Source: Oscillospiraceae bacterium (GTDB lineage Bacteria; Bacillota; Clostridia; Oscillospirales; CAG-382). From it: a stretch of 64,000 nt of DNA. The number at the start of each line of letters is the position of its first letter. Position 1 is the first letter of the stretch. Location: positions 25,665-89,664 of the forward strand of contig SVTM01000007.1 in the NCBI GenBank assembly GCA_015063785.1, in the 5' to 3' direction. The position numbers and the translations under genes were made by a program. The notes under the pieces are model-generated. The model was given only the letters and a program-made list of their open reading frames with translations, had not been told where the DNA came from and made no database searches. Shown piece after piece: positions 47,170-56,197 of this stretch.

Positions 47170-47808
47170 TCAGTTGAAAAACGTGTTTGCAAAGCCGATC
47201 TCAAAGCTTGCGTTTTCGGGATGGGCAAAAACCACCTTTTCGTTCTTGCTTGTGGCTGTGGCAAAGCCGACGCCTGTGTTTGTTATGGCAAGATGCGCAA
47301 AGCCTGCAGGGGGAATGATGGCATATCTGTCGCCGGGCTGGGGTATGCCGCCCTGTTCGACGGTAAGCTTTGTGCCGGATGATGCCGTGATGCGGCGAAG
47401 GGTGCCAACGCCGTCCTTGTTTGCAGAAGCCTCGGGCTTTGAAACAAGCTTTACAAAACCGCCTGCAAGGGCGTTTGCGGCAGAGGGCATCGAGATGCCG
47501 CTGACGTTTACTGTGGCGGCATCGCCTGCCGTCACCACGTCAAATTCGGGGGCTTTTTCAATGCAGATGGTGCCGGGCGAAACGATGACCTTGACCTTGC
47601 CTGAGCCTGCCCTGTGGTTAAGCTCGTCCTTTTCCACCTTGTAATCCTCGGCAAGAACGCCAAGCACAGTGTCGCCCTCGGCGGCGCGCTTTGCCTTGCC
47701 CAAAGCAAGGGTGACAACACAGCCCTTAAAAAGATCTGTCGCTGTGTCCACCTCATATTCGCGGATGCAGGGATGGGAAATACCTGCGCTGTTCATGTAA
47801 TAATCCAT
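47170..47808 (-). CDS. Hypothetical head-associated protein (212 aa; decoration or second capsid component candidate)
   Basis: Located between the scaffold and capsid genes, beta-rich sequence, AAAGGAG RBS. Confidence 0.4.
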   Translation of the reverse strand: MDYYMNSAGISHPCIREYEVDTATDLFKGCVVTLALGKAKRAAEGDTVLGVLAEDYKVEKDELNHRAGSGKVKVIVSPGTICIEKAPEFDVVTAGDAATVNVSGISMPSAANALAGGFVKLVSKPEASANKDGVGTLRRITASSGTKLTVEQGGIPQPGDRYAIIPPAGFAHLAITNTGVGFATATSKNEKVVFAHPENASFEIGFANTFFN

Positions 47809-47853
47809 AAAAAAATCTCCTTTTCTTTTTTGTTACGAGCCAAAATTTTTGGC

Positions 47854-48582
47854 TCAAAGTCTTTTTGTGGGTATCTGCGAAAGAAGCTCGGAATATTGTC
47901 TGTATGACATTCCTGCCGCCTTGGCGATACGCTTTTGATTATCCGAAAGCAAGCTTCCGTAGTCTGTGGCACAAGATGCCCCTCCCGAAAATCCGGTGGA
48001 GGCAAGCTCTCTTTGTGCGGCGCGGTATCTTTTTGCCTCGGGGCTTTCCGAAAGCTGCGAAAGAAAACCGCAATATTCCTCGTAAATTGACAGAATATCC
48101 CCGTACCTTCCGCGGGAAAAGCTTCTGAAGGCAGGGTCGGACAATATGTCGGTCAGTTTTTCCTCGCCGTAGGCGGCAAGAAAATCCGAAAGTTCCTTTT
48201 TTCGCCCGTCCTGCACCTTTTGGGTTGGGACTTGCATGGTGCTTTCGTTTTCCGCGACATTCGCGTTTGCCTGCTCTGTCACAGCATCTGCCGCATTGTC
48301 GGGAGTCGCCGCGGCATCTGCCTGCAAAAGAGCAGTGTTTTTTGCATCCTCCCTTTCGCTCACAAGTTCTTCAAGCGTTTGGGCGATGGATGCGTTGGAT
48401 GTATTTTTGAAAAGCTCTTTCTTGCGCAGCTGTGAAAGAACTCCGCGCACCTTTTCGAGGTGTTCAAAATTCTTTCGCTCGCGCAGGATGCGCTGTTCAA
48501 CAATTTTTTCAAGCTGTTCTCTGGTAAACAGCCTTTGGCTTTCGCCGATATTTTCGGGGGAGGTTGTCATTTCTTCACTCAT
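47854..48582 (-). CDS. Putative phage scaffolding protein
   Basis: 242 aa, acidic and helical (FTREQLEKIVEQRILRERKNFEHLEKV). Overlaps the portal stop by 8 nt. AAAGGAGG RBS. Confidence 0.55.
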   Translation of the reverse strand: MSEEMTTSPENIGESQRLFTREQLEKIVEQRILRERKNFEHLEKVRGVLSQLRKKELFKNTSNASIAQTLEELVSEREDAKNTALLQADAAATPDNAADAVTEQANANVAENESTMQVPTQKVQDGRKKELSDFLAAYGEEKLTDILSDPAFRSFSRGRYGDILSIYEEYCGFLSQLSESPEAKRYRAAQRELASTGFSGGASCATDYGSLLSDNQKRIAKAAGMSYRQYSELLSQIPTKRL

Positions 48583-50356
48583 CTGTCGTTTCCTCCTTTA
48601 AGATATGCGAAAGCTCGGGCACACCGCTTTCGCCTTCGCCGTATTTTCTTTCAAGGGCGTCGCATATCTGCGCACGCATGGGCAGACCGATCATTTCGAC
48701 ATAGCTCTGTACCAGTCTGAAATTGTCGGGGGTCACCGGCACTTTTATCAGCTCGCTCAGCGCCTGCACCGTAAAAGCTTTGGAATTTGCAACGCCGTCG
48801 CCCACGTGGATTTTTACGTCAACAATGGGAATATACGCGCGGTCGTCGTCACCGTCGGGATAGGTGGCAAAGTCGGCAAAGCGGTATATCACCTCGCCGA
48901 TATTTACGGCACCGATGGTGATTATTCTGTCGTCGTCGTAATATTCAAGCGCTGTGCGGTCGCAAAGCTCGTAAAGCCGTCTGAAACCTTCGGATTTTAT
49001 CACCTTTTTCATCATCTGGCGGTTTTTTGCCCGCTCGTTGAGTAGAGCAATGCCCGACGCCGTTGTCACACGGGTGGGCTCGACGCCCTGGTTCAGCTCG
49101 TGATTTCCCGTGGTGTCCTTCATGATATCTCGCCAGAAGGACGAGTTGGCATACTGGTTGTTTTGCGAATAGCCGGCGTTGCCCAGCCTTTGGATCTTGC
49201 CCATCATGCCGGGGCGCAGCTTCCACACGGCACCCGGCGAATTGTCAAGCTCGCCATCGTCCGAAAGGGCGTTTTCCTCGGCAACGATGATATCGTTGGA
49301 CGAAAAGGCAGAGTTCATCTGGGCGTACGACAGCTCTCTGTCGGATGCGTCGATAAGGGGGATTATGGCTTCAAGCTCGCTTTTGCCCCAGATGCTGTCT
49401 TCGTTGGGAATTTTTGAATAGATGACAAAGGGGAACATATTGCAGACGGTGTTTTTCCAATATTTGGGGATATATCGGATCTCCTTGCCGCCCAGCAATA
49501 TCGAAAGGGCAATATCGCCTGCGCGCCAGCTGTATTTTACGTTTACCTGCTTGCCGTCGATCTCGCTTTTAATGGTTTCGCTGCCGTCTTTGGGCTGTCT
49601 GAACCACCATTCGGTGACGGTTATGGTGTCGTCGCCCGTCTCGCCTGCGTTGCGCTCGTCGCCGGTGTATTCAAAATAGCGTGCGTTTTTGTAGCTGTCA
49701 ATATAGTCCGAAAGCTCTTGGTTTCCTTTGATATCCTTGCCAAAGATTCTCTTTGCCTTCTGCTTGTGCAGGCGATAAACATAGCCGATGTATTCGCAGC
49801 CGTCCACGGTGGAAGAAGATGGATCGGTGAAGATCTGCTCGGGCTTTGGCACGTCAACAATCACCTCGCCGTAAGATTTGCCGTCAAAAACAGAGCTGTC
49901 CCAGCAGACCTTGTAAACTGCAGAGCCAAGAATATTGAGCCGCCTTTCGTTGATGGCGTTTTTTTGCTCGAGGCAGTTGATATCGCAAATAAAACGGGCA
50001 ATCTTTTCACGCTGTTTTGCCCTTTCATAATCGTTTGATGCACGGGGGGAAAATTCGAAATCGGGCAGTTTTGTTTCGATCTGACTTTCCACATGGATAA
50101 ATCCGTCGGTCGACTGCGCCGCCTCCCAGGGGATGTCCTGTTCGCCTGCAAAGGCGCTGTTGTGGGCGGAGATCTCGTGGTCGCCGTCATAATATGCACG
50201 CATCTTTTTCCAGTATGCGTTTGTGGGCATTTTGCATCTTGCGGCGGTGTCAAGAAGCGATTTTACCGTTTCCTCGCGCGATGTGCGCACAGAATAATCA
50301 TAGTCGCAAAAGCTTTTGCCGTTTCTTGTGTTGTTTTTATACACTGTGTTTCTCAT
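48575..50356 (-). CDS. Putative phage portal protein
   Basis: 593 aa, immediately downstream of the large terminase. Start at the ATG at 50356 (AAAGGA RBS). Size and position are typical of portals. Confidence 0.6.
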   Translation of the reverse strand: MRNTVYKNNTRNGKSFCDYDYSVRTSREETVKSLLDTAARCKMPTNAYWKKMRAYYDGDHEISAHNSAFAGEQDIPWEAAQSTDGFIHVESQIETKLPDFEFSPRASNDYERAKQREKIARFICDINCLEQKNAINERRLNILGSAVYKVCWDSSVFDGKSYGEVIVDVPKPEQIFTDPSSSTVDGCEYIGYVYRLHKQKAKRIFGKDIKGNQELSDYIDSYKNARYFEYTGDERNAGETGDDTITVTEWWFRQPKDGSETIKSEIDGKQVNVKYSWRAGDIALSILLGGKEIRYIPKYWKNTVCNMFPFVIYSKIPNEDSIWGKSELEAIIPLIDASDRELSYAQMNSAFSSNDIIVAEENALSDDGELDNSPGAVWKLRPGMMGKIQRLGNAGYSQNNQYANSSFWRDIMKDTTGNHELNQGVEPTRVTTASGIALLNERAKNRQMMKKVIKSEGFRRLYELCDRTALEYYDDDRIITIGAVNIGEVIYRFADFATYPDGDDDRAYIPIVDVKIHVGDGVANSKAFTVQALSELIKVPVTPDNFRLVQSYVEMIGLPMRAQICDALERKYGEGESGVPELSHILKEETTDE

Positions 50357-50375
50357 GCTTTTTCCTTTCAAAAAG

Positions 50376-51710
50376 TTATAGTTTTTTTGCGTTCATTTTT
50401 GCCAGCTCTTTGTTCAGCCGCACCCTTTTTGTCTTTTTTTCAAAAGGCTTTTTGGCAAAGGTGCGGAAGGATGCAAAATATCGCAAAGCGTCGGGGGCAT
50501 GGGTTATTTCGTGGGGTTGGGTGGCGGCATCCTGCGGCCGTTTGGTGTCGTGCATCAGCTGGGGCAGCGACCTTATAAGATTTGCGCAGTTGCGGCAGAT
50601 CTTCAGCATACTGTCGCGCCTGCCGTCATCATAGGATATGGGCTTCAGCCATTCTTTAAGGCAGATCCAGCCGCCGATGCGGTCGGGGTTGATCTTTGTC
50701 AGATAAACGCCGTTTTCACAAAAAAGCTCAGCTATGCTTTTGCCCGAATCCTTTTGCCTTGCCCAAAGATCCGACGGGGCAATAAAGGTGCACACGCCGT
50801 GGGCTTTTTCTTTAATCAGCTCTGCCGCCGCGCTGACCACAAGGCCGCTTTGATACACCTCGTCGTACACGGTGGCGTGTCCCGTGGCATCCACCGCCAC
50901 AAAAATTGCCGCCAGCATATCAAGACCGTAGTCTATGGCGCAATACTTTGTGCAATTATCGTCGGGGATAAAGGGGGCGACGGTGTGCAGATCCATGTCG
51001 AATTCGGGGAAAAACTGCCCTGCAAAGGCGTCCCATTTTCCCAAAAGCCACGCATCGCGCAGATCTTTGGGCAGGCTTTGCAGCCGCATAAGGTATTCGG
51101 GATCACAGGTCAAAAGAACCTTGTTGTCATAAACCTTTGCAGGAATAAAGCGATAGTCGTCGGGGTTTTCGTATGCTTTGTATTCGCGGTCGATAAAAAG
51201 CCGCTTCACCCAGCCGTGGCCGACACCGCCGGGATTGCAGGTGATGTACATTCTTTTGGGAAAATCGTTGGCACCGCGCAGGCACGCCTTGAAGGTCTGA
51301 AACTGATATTCGGTAAGCTGAGTCGCCTCGTCAAGAGCGATGATATCAAATTCCTGTCCCTGATACCTGTCCACATCGTTTTCGCTGTCGCAATAGCCCA
51401 GCTTTATGACCGATCCGTTTTTGAACTCGAAGCTCTTGCGCGATTCGACAAAATCCGCAAGTCCCAAAAGCTCTTTTTTCATGGGGCGGATGTGGTTTTC
51501 GCGCAGTTCCGGAAAACTGCGCCGCACCACAAGAACACAAAGACCGGGGTATTTCAGGCACATCAATATCACCTTTCGACGCAGTGCCCAGCTTTTTCCG
51601 CCGCCCCTTGCGCCGCCATAGGCAACGTATTTTTCGGTTGCCTCAAAAAACTGCTTTTGCTTTTCCTGGGGCAGACCGAAAAAGGTGTGCTTTTTCAGTT
51701 TTTTTGGCAT
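50376..51710 (-). CDS. Phage terminase large subunit
   Basis: Start at the ATG at 51710, adjacent to the upstream stop. Walker A YGGARGGGKSWAL, Walker B IIALDEATQL, C-terminal nuclease-like region with conserved acidic residues. Confidence 0.8.
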   Translation of the reverse strand: MPKKLKKHTFFGLPQEKQKQFFEATEKYVAYGGARGGGKSWALRRKVILMCLKYPGLCVLVVRRSFPELRENHIRPMKKELLGLADFVESRKSFEFKNGSVIKLGYCDSENDVDRYQGQEFDIIALDEATQLTEYQFQTFKACLRGANDFPKRMYITCNPGGVGHGWVKRLFIDREYKAYENPDDYRFIPAKVYDNKVLLTCDPEYLMRLQSLPKDLRDAWLLGKWDAFAGQFFPEFDMDLHTVAPFIPDDNCTKYCAIDYGLDMLAAIFVAVDATGHATVYDEVYQSGLVVSAAAELIKEKAHGVCTFIAPSDLWARQKDSGKSIAELFCENGVYLTKINPDRIGGWICLKEWLKPISYDDGRRDSMLKICRNCANLIRSLPQLMHDTKRPQDAATQPHEITHAPDALRYFASFRTFAKKPFEKKTKRVRLNKELAKMNAKKL

Positions 51711-51711
51711 T

Positions 51712-52113
51712 TTATGCTCCGAACCTTTCGGCATCGTCCGAAAGCTCGACGGTGAAACCCTCTGTTTCGTCCTTTTCGCTCTCTTTTGCGCTCCAGCCAA
51801 AATGCTCCTTCAGGCTGTTAAACGCCGCCGTTGCCGAAAGGTTTCCGTTCAAGGAATTTTCTTCGATATACGCTTCGATCCTTCTTTTTGCGCCCGAAAT
51901 AACGCGCGAGGGGGCACGCACCTGCAAGAGGGTGTCCAGCTCCTTGGCGCTCATATCAAGGTGAAAAAGCAGACCCGAAAGGGTATAGGGCTTTATGGGC
52001 TTTGTCGCCTTTTTTTCGCCGATCCCTCCGTTTGCGCTGTCGCACAGCGAAAAATATTCTTCGATTTTTTTGGCAAGCTCTGCGCTGCCTTTTTTTGTTT
52101 TGTAGTTTGTCAT
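51712..52113 (-). CDS. Phage terminase small subunit
   Basis: 133 aa from the ATG at 52113 (AAAGGAGG RBS). The N-terminal segment AKKIEEYFSLCD...KPYTLSGLLFHLDMS resembles terminase small-subunit HTH regions. Confidence 0.6.
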   Translation of the reverse strand: MTNYKTKKGSAELAKKIEEYFSLCDSANGGIGEKKATKPIKPYTLSGLLFHLDMSAKELDTLLQVRAPSRVISGAKRRIEAYIEENSLNGNLSATAAFNSLKEHFGWSAKESEKDETEGFTVELSDDAERFGA

Positions 52114-52130
52114 TTTGCCTCCTTTGTGTT

Positions 52131-52379
52131 TCAGCTGCCGAGTGTGTTGCACAGCTCGTCAAAATATTCTTCGGCATAATCTCTCCAACAGTCCTCGTGG
52201 ATCAGATCGCCGGTGGTATAGACTCTTGCCCCCACCTGTCCTGCGCTTATGGCTTCGCCGCAATAGGCGCAGGTGTCGTGGTCGAAGCAATCGTCAAAAT
52301 AGTCGCCCGATTCAAACATTCCCTGTTCTTCAAGTATCTCGCGGCTGATTTCATACGGATCTTTCTTTTTTGGGTTCAT
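52131..52379 (-). CDS. Small acidic Cys/His protein (82 aa), first gene of the phage-like operon
   Basis: A CAYC...HEDC spacing suggests a zinc-ribbon-like site. GGAGGGAGG RBS. Confidence 0.45.
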   Translation of the reverse strand: MNPKKKDPYEISREILEEQGMFESGDYFDDCFDHDTCAYCGEAISAGQVGARVYTTGDLIHEDCWRDYAEEYFDELCNTLGS

Positions 52380-52419
52380 CGCCTCCCTCCTTTCAAAACA
52401 TTTGTTCTGTTCGACGTCG

Positions 52420-52446
52420 AAAAAAATCGAGCGTTTCGAACGCTCG
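52420..52446 (-). terminator. Leader terminator-like hairpin between the promoter and the first gene of the phage-like operon
   Basis: Minus strand: CGAGCGTT-cga-AACGCTCG followed by ATTTTTTTC. An overlapping alternative hairpin, CGAAC-gagc-GTTCG, is possible. Confidence 0.5.
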
Positions 52447-52460
52447 TTCGTTGTGACTTA

Positions 52461-52489
52461 ATTATACTACCGTCCAAAGGCTTTGTCAA
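52461..52489 (-). promoter_or_regulatory. Perfect consensus sigma-A promoter driving the phage-like operon
   Basis: Minus strand: TTGACA (52489-52484), 17 nt spacer, TATAAT (52466-52461). Confidence 0.65.
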
Positions 52490-52689
52490 GCGATTTTTCG
52501 AATATTCGTTCGTTTTGTAACTTTGCACAAAGCCCAAGCCTGCACGCAGGCAAATAAAAAATCAAATTTGTATATTTTACCACTTGACTTTTGCGAACAT
52601 TTGTGCTATATCTTCCTTTCATATTTTCGCCGCCGAAAAAATAAAATATATAGCCTGCGGCAATTTTTTATTTGAAAGGAACAGACAAA

Positions 52690-54204
52690 ATGAAAAACGA
52701 AAGCTCGCGCACGATCTCGTCGATCAAAAACCTGCGCGCAAGCACGGCAGGGATATTCATAAACGTGATATTCAGCTTTTTCTCGCGAAAGATCTTTGTT
52801 CTTGTGCTGGGCAAAGAATACGTGGGGGTATCGAGCCTTATCGGCAACATCACGGCGCTTATATCTCTTGTGGATTTTGGTGCCGCCACCGCCGTGACCT
52901 ATCGGCTTTATCGCGCCCTTGCCACGGGTGATGACAAATCTGTTTGCGGATATCTGCATTTTTATCGCCGCATCTGCGCCCTTTCGTCTGTCCTCACCTG
53001 TGTTGCAGGGGCGGCTTTGAGCGTGATACTGCCAAAGCTTGTGCGCGGATTTGACGATGCCGTCACCCTTTATGTGGTTTTTGCCGCAAGCATTCTGACC
53101 AGTGCCGCCGAATATTTTTTTATGCCCGAAAGGGTGCTTCTGTTTGCCGATCAAAAAAGCTATGTTGCCCAGCTTTTTTCGTATGCGTTCGGGGCGGTCA
53201 CGGTGGTTGCAGACGCCGTGGTGCTTGTGGTTTTCAAAAGCTTTTCGGCACATCTTCTTGTCCATTCGGCGCTGAGCATACTGCAGGATATCTTTGTGGT
53301 GCGCCACGTCAGGCGGCAATATGCAAAGCTGGGCATCTCGTCAAAAAAGAGGTATGACAAGGCTTTTTTTAAGGATCTTGTACGCGAAATGGTGTCTCTT
53401 GCACCGTCGAATATTGCCGGCACACTTTCGCGCACCGTCGACAATTTTATTGTGGTGTCGCTTTTCGGTGTGTCGCAAAACGGGGTATATTCAAACTACA
53501 ATATGCTGCTTTCGTATGCGGCAATTTTTTCGGTGACGGTGGTGGGGGCGATCTCGGCAAGCGTGGGAAACCTTAACGCCAGCGCATCACGGGCGCGGTC
53601 GATGCGCATTTTCGGCATGACAAGTCTTGCTTCGTTTTTTCTTGTAAATATCAGCACAACTTTGCTTTTTGTCATGTCGGGAGATATAATGACGGCGTGG
53701 CTGGGCAGCACGATGGCGCTTCCTTTTTCGTGCTCGTGCGCTCTTGCCGCAAATTTCTTTATATCCGGCGTGCGCCGTGTTCCCGTGGTTTTCCGCGACA
53801 GTCTGGGGCTTTACAGGCACGAAAAAATAAAATCCTTCGTCGACCTTTTTGCTTCTGTGGCTCTGTCGGTATTTTTTGGCAAAAAGTTTGGAATTGCAGG
53901 CATATATCTCGGTCAGGCGGTGGCGGCGTTTGTGGTATGCCTGTGGTACGAGCCGTACGTGCTTTTCAAATACGGCTTTGGCACGGGGGTGTGGCGGTAT
54001 TATATGCGCTTGCTTTCATATGCCGCCGTGTCGGCGGCGTCGTGCCTGTGCTCGCTTTCGCTGTGTCATGCGGTGGGAAGCTTTTCGGTAAAATTTTTGG
54101 TGTGTATTGCCGTTTCGGCGGTATTCTTTTTTGCCTGCTTTGCAGGGTGCCGCGATCTTTCGGGCATTTTCGAAAAGTTCTCGGCAATGCGCGCAAAATC
54201 GTAG
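52690..54204 (+). CDS. MOP-superfamily polysaccharide/oligosaccharide flippase (Wzx-like)
   Basis: 504 aa from the ATG at 52690, roughly 12-14 hydrophobic helices, N-terminus typical of Polysacc_synt proteins. Its TAG stop lies inside the first repeat module (cgTAGggcag). Confidence 0.6.
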   Translation: MKNESSRTISSIKNLRASTAGIFINVIFSFFSRKIFVLVLGKEYVGVSSLIGNITALISLVDFGAATAVTYRLYRALATGDDKSVCGYLHFYRRICALSSVLTCVAGAALSVILPKLVRGFDDAVTLYVVFAASILTSAAEYFFMPERVLLFADQKSYVAQLFSYAFGAVTVVADAVVLVVFKSFSAHLLVHSALSILQDIFVVRHVRRQYAKLGISSKKRYDKAFFKDLVREMVSLAPSNIAGTLSRTVDNFIVVSLFGVSQNGVYSNYNMLLSYAAIFSVTVVGAISASVGNLNASASRARSMRIFGMTSLASFFLVNISTTLLFVMSGDIMTAWLGSTMALPFSCSCALAANFFISGVRRVPVVFRDSLGLYRHEKIKSFVDLFASVALSVFFGKKFGIAGIYLGQAVAAFVVCLWYEPYVLFKYGFGTGVWRYYMRLLSYAAVSAASCLCSLSLCHAVGSFSVKFLVCIAVSAVFFFACFAGCRDLSGIFEKFSAMRAKS

Positions 54205-54585
54205 GGCAGGGGGCCCGTCCTGCCGTTTGGTATGGAATTTTGCCTATGGCAGAACGGGCGAACGCAGTTCGCCCCTACGATTGGAATTTTTATCATTGAT
54301 TTGAAATTTGCACCCAACACAAGCCTTCTCCTATTAGGAGAAGGGGGACCGTCGAAGACGGTGGAGGGATTTTGGAATTTCATCAATGCTTGAAAAAGGG
54401 AAACCCCCGGCGAGGGTTTCCCTCTTGCACTTCGTGCAATTCACCCATCCTGCGCATTGCGAACGCAAAAAGGGGGTGTTTCGCTCTCTGCGGAGAGCGA
54501 CCAAAGGCGCCGCCTTTGGAATCCGCCACCCTTTGAAAAGGGTGGACCGAAACTTTACCCTTTGGGCGGTGTAAATGCGCCATTT
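54200..54585. repeat. Mosaic hairpin repeat, locus E (modules IV, III, I, II in forward orientation)
   Basis: Read directly: cgtaGGGCAGGgggcccgtCCTGCC; GGGCGAACgcaGTTCGCCC; tttgcacccaac...GGACCGTCgaaGACGGTGG...ggaatttcatcaatg; GGGAAACCCccggcgaGGGTTTCCC...CCACCCTTtgaaAAGGGTGG. Confidence 0.85.
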
Positions 54586-54738
54586 GTGAAAAATTACCAA
54601 AAATAACAGGGTGAATTTCTACCCTTTGACGGAAGTTATTTTTGGTATTTTGTTGAAATAAATTGCGGTTTATGGTATAGTTGCATTAAGGAAAATATTT
54701 GCTATTCTTACGATTTTTATGCAGGAAAGGAATACCCT

Positions 54739-56172
54739 ATGGCAAGCTCACAATACATGGCAGAATTTGAAAAAATGCCGCCTGCGCAGGTTCGCGAAAA
54801 GGTGGATATCATGGCGCAGGAGATACGCAACAAGGTTATATCAGCCAAAAACTACATCCCCCACGGCGAGCGTGTGATATATCTTTCAAACGCAGGCTGC
54901 GACGAAAACGACGGACTTTCGGTTGAAAAACCCATCCGCACCATCGAAAAGCTGAATTCCATAACGCAGGACGGCGACACCGTGCTTTTCAAGCGCGGCG
55001 ACATCTTCCGCGGCAGTGTAAAAGTGGTGCACGAAAACATGACTTTTTCGGCGTACGGCGAGGGCGTAAAGCCTATTATCTGCGGCTCGCTCAAAAACTA
55101 TGCCGACCCGGATCTTTGGCAGCCCACCGAGTACGAAAACGTATATCGCCTTACCGAAACGCTCGACAACGTGGGACTTATCATCTTCAACCCCGGCTAC
55201 ACCTACGGCTCGACCGACGAGATATATGCCGACAGAGCCATGCGCGGCAAAAACGGCTTTATGGAGCTTTGCGATCTTCGCGATGACCTTGTTTTTTACA
55301 ACGACTACGAAACAGGCGAGCTTTATCTCTGCTCGCACGGGGGCAACCCTGCAGAGCGTTTTTATGACATCGAGATCGGCGCAAAAGGATGTGTTTCTGC
55401 CGTGTTTGACGGCGGAGCTCCCGGTGCCACCTTCGACAATCTCTGGGTGCTTTTTGCAGGTTGCCACGGCATAAGCTCGGGCACGGCAATAAACAGAACC
55501 GTAAAAAACTGCATCTTCGGTTGGATCGGCGGTGCGGCATTTGGCGGCGAAAAGCGCGGCGACGGCAGCTGGAATACCACACGCTACGGCAACGCCGTTC
55601 AGATATACGGCGGATGCATCGGTTTTCACGTCGAAAACAACTGGATGTATCAGATTTTTGACACAGCCATCACCCATCAGTACGGCGGATATTCCGAGGG
55701 CGACTGTATTCAGGAGGACGTTATCTACCGCGGAAATCTCACCGAGGGCTGCTTCTGGCACATCGAATTTTACAACGGCGGCCGCGAGGGCACAAAACGC
55801 TATGTCAAGGATGTATATATGACCGGCAACATCTGCCGCTACGGCGGATGGGGATGTACCGGAAGATGCGGCGGAGCCCCCATGTTCTGCGGCGCGGGAA
55901 TGTGCGAGGATGTGGAAAACTTCGTTGCAGAAAGAAATATCTTCTGCCACTCGCCGGGCGTTCTTGTCCAGTTCATTGACGAGGGCAACCGCAAGATTGT
56001 TATGCGCAACAACGTATATATCGACCCGATGGGCGCGCGTCTTGGCAGAATGTACGGCAACATCTATCCTTTTGACGATACGGCAAAGGACACACTTAAA
56101 AACCTTGTGCACGAGCAAGAGCCCACCGTCGTATTTATGCAAAAACCCAACATGAATTATCTGAAATACTGA
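54739..56172 (+). CDS. Right-handed parallel beta-helix protein, paralog 1 of 3 (477 aa)
   Basis: No signal peptide. Shared motifs with paralogs 2 and 3: GDTVLFKRGD.FRG, NNWMYQI.DTAITHQY, NCIF.W.GG, and a Cys-rich C-terminal part. Confidence 0.6.
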   Translation: MASSQYMAEFEKMPPAQVREKVDIMAQEIRNKVISAKNYIPHGERVIYLSNAGCDENDGLSVEKPIRTIEKLNSITQDGDTVLFKRGDIFRGSVKVVHENMTFSAYGEGVKPIICGSLKNYADPDLWQPTEYENVYRLTETLDNVGLIIFNPGYTYGSTDEIYADRAMRGKNGFMELCDLRDDLVFYNDYETGELYLCSHGGNPAERFYDIEIGAKGCVSAVFDGGAPGATFDNLWVLFAGCHGISSGTAINRTVKNCIFGWIGGAAFGGEKRGDGSWNTTRYGNAVQIYGGCIGFHVENNWMYQIFDTAITHQYGGYSEGDCIQEDVIYRGNLTEGCFWHIEFYNGGREGTKRYVKDVYMTGNICRYGGWGCTGRCGGAPMFCGAGMCEDVENFVAERNIFCHSPGVLVQFIDEGNRKIVMRNNVYIDPMGARLGRMYGNIYPFDDTAKDTLKNLVHEQEPTVVFMQKPNMNYLKY

Positions 56173-56197
56173 AAACATACATCAGGAGGAAACAAAA

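Larger units (their letters stand above)
41283..52489 (-). mobile_element. Phage-derived head/packaging operon without integrase, replication, regulatory or lysis genes (defective prophage, GTA-like locus or capsid island)
   Basis: Twelve co-oriented, tightly spaced genes run from one promoter to one terminator, with recognisable TerS, TerL, portal, scaffold and capsid. Flanked by gap and a polysaccharide flippase gene. Confidence 0.6.
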
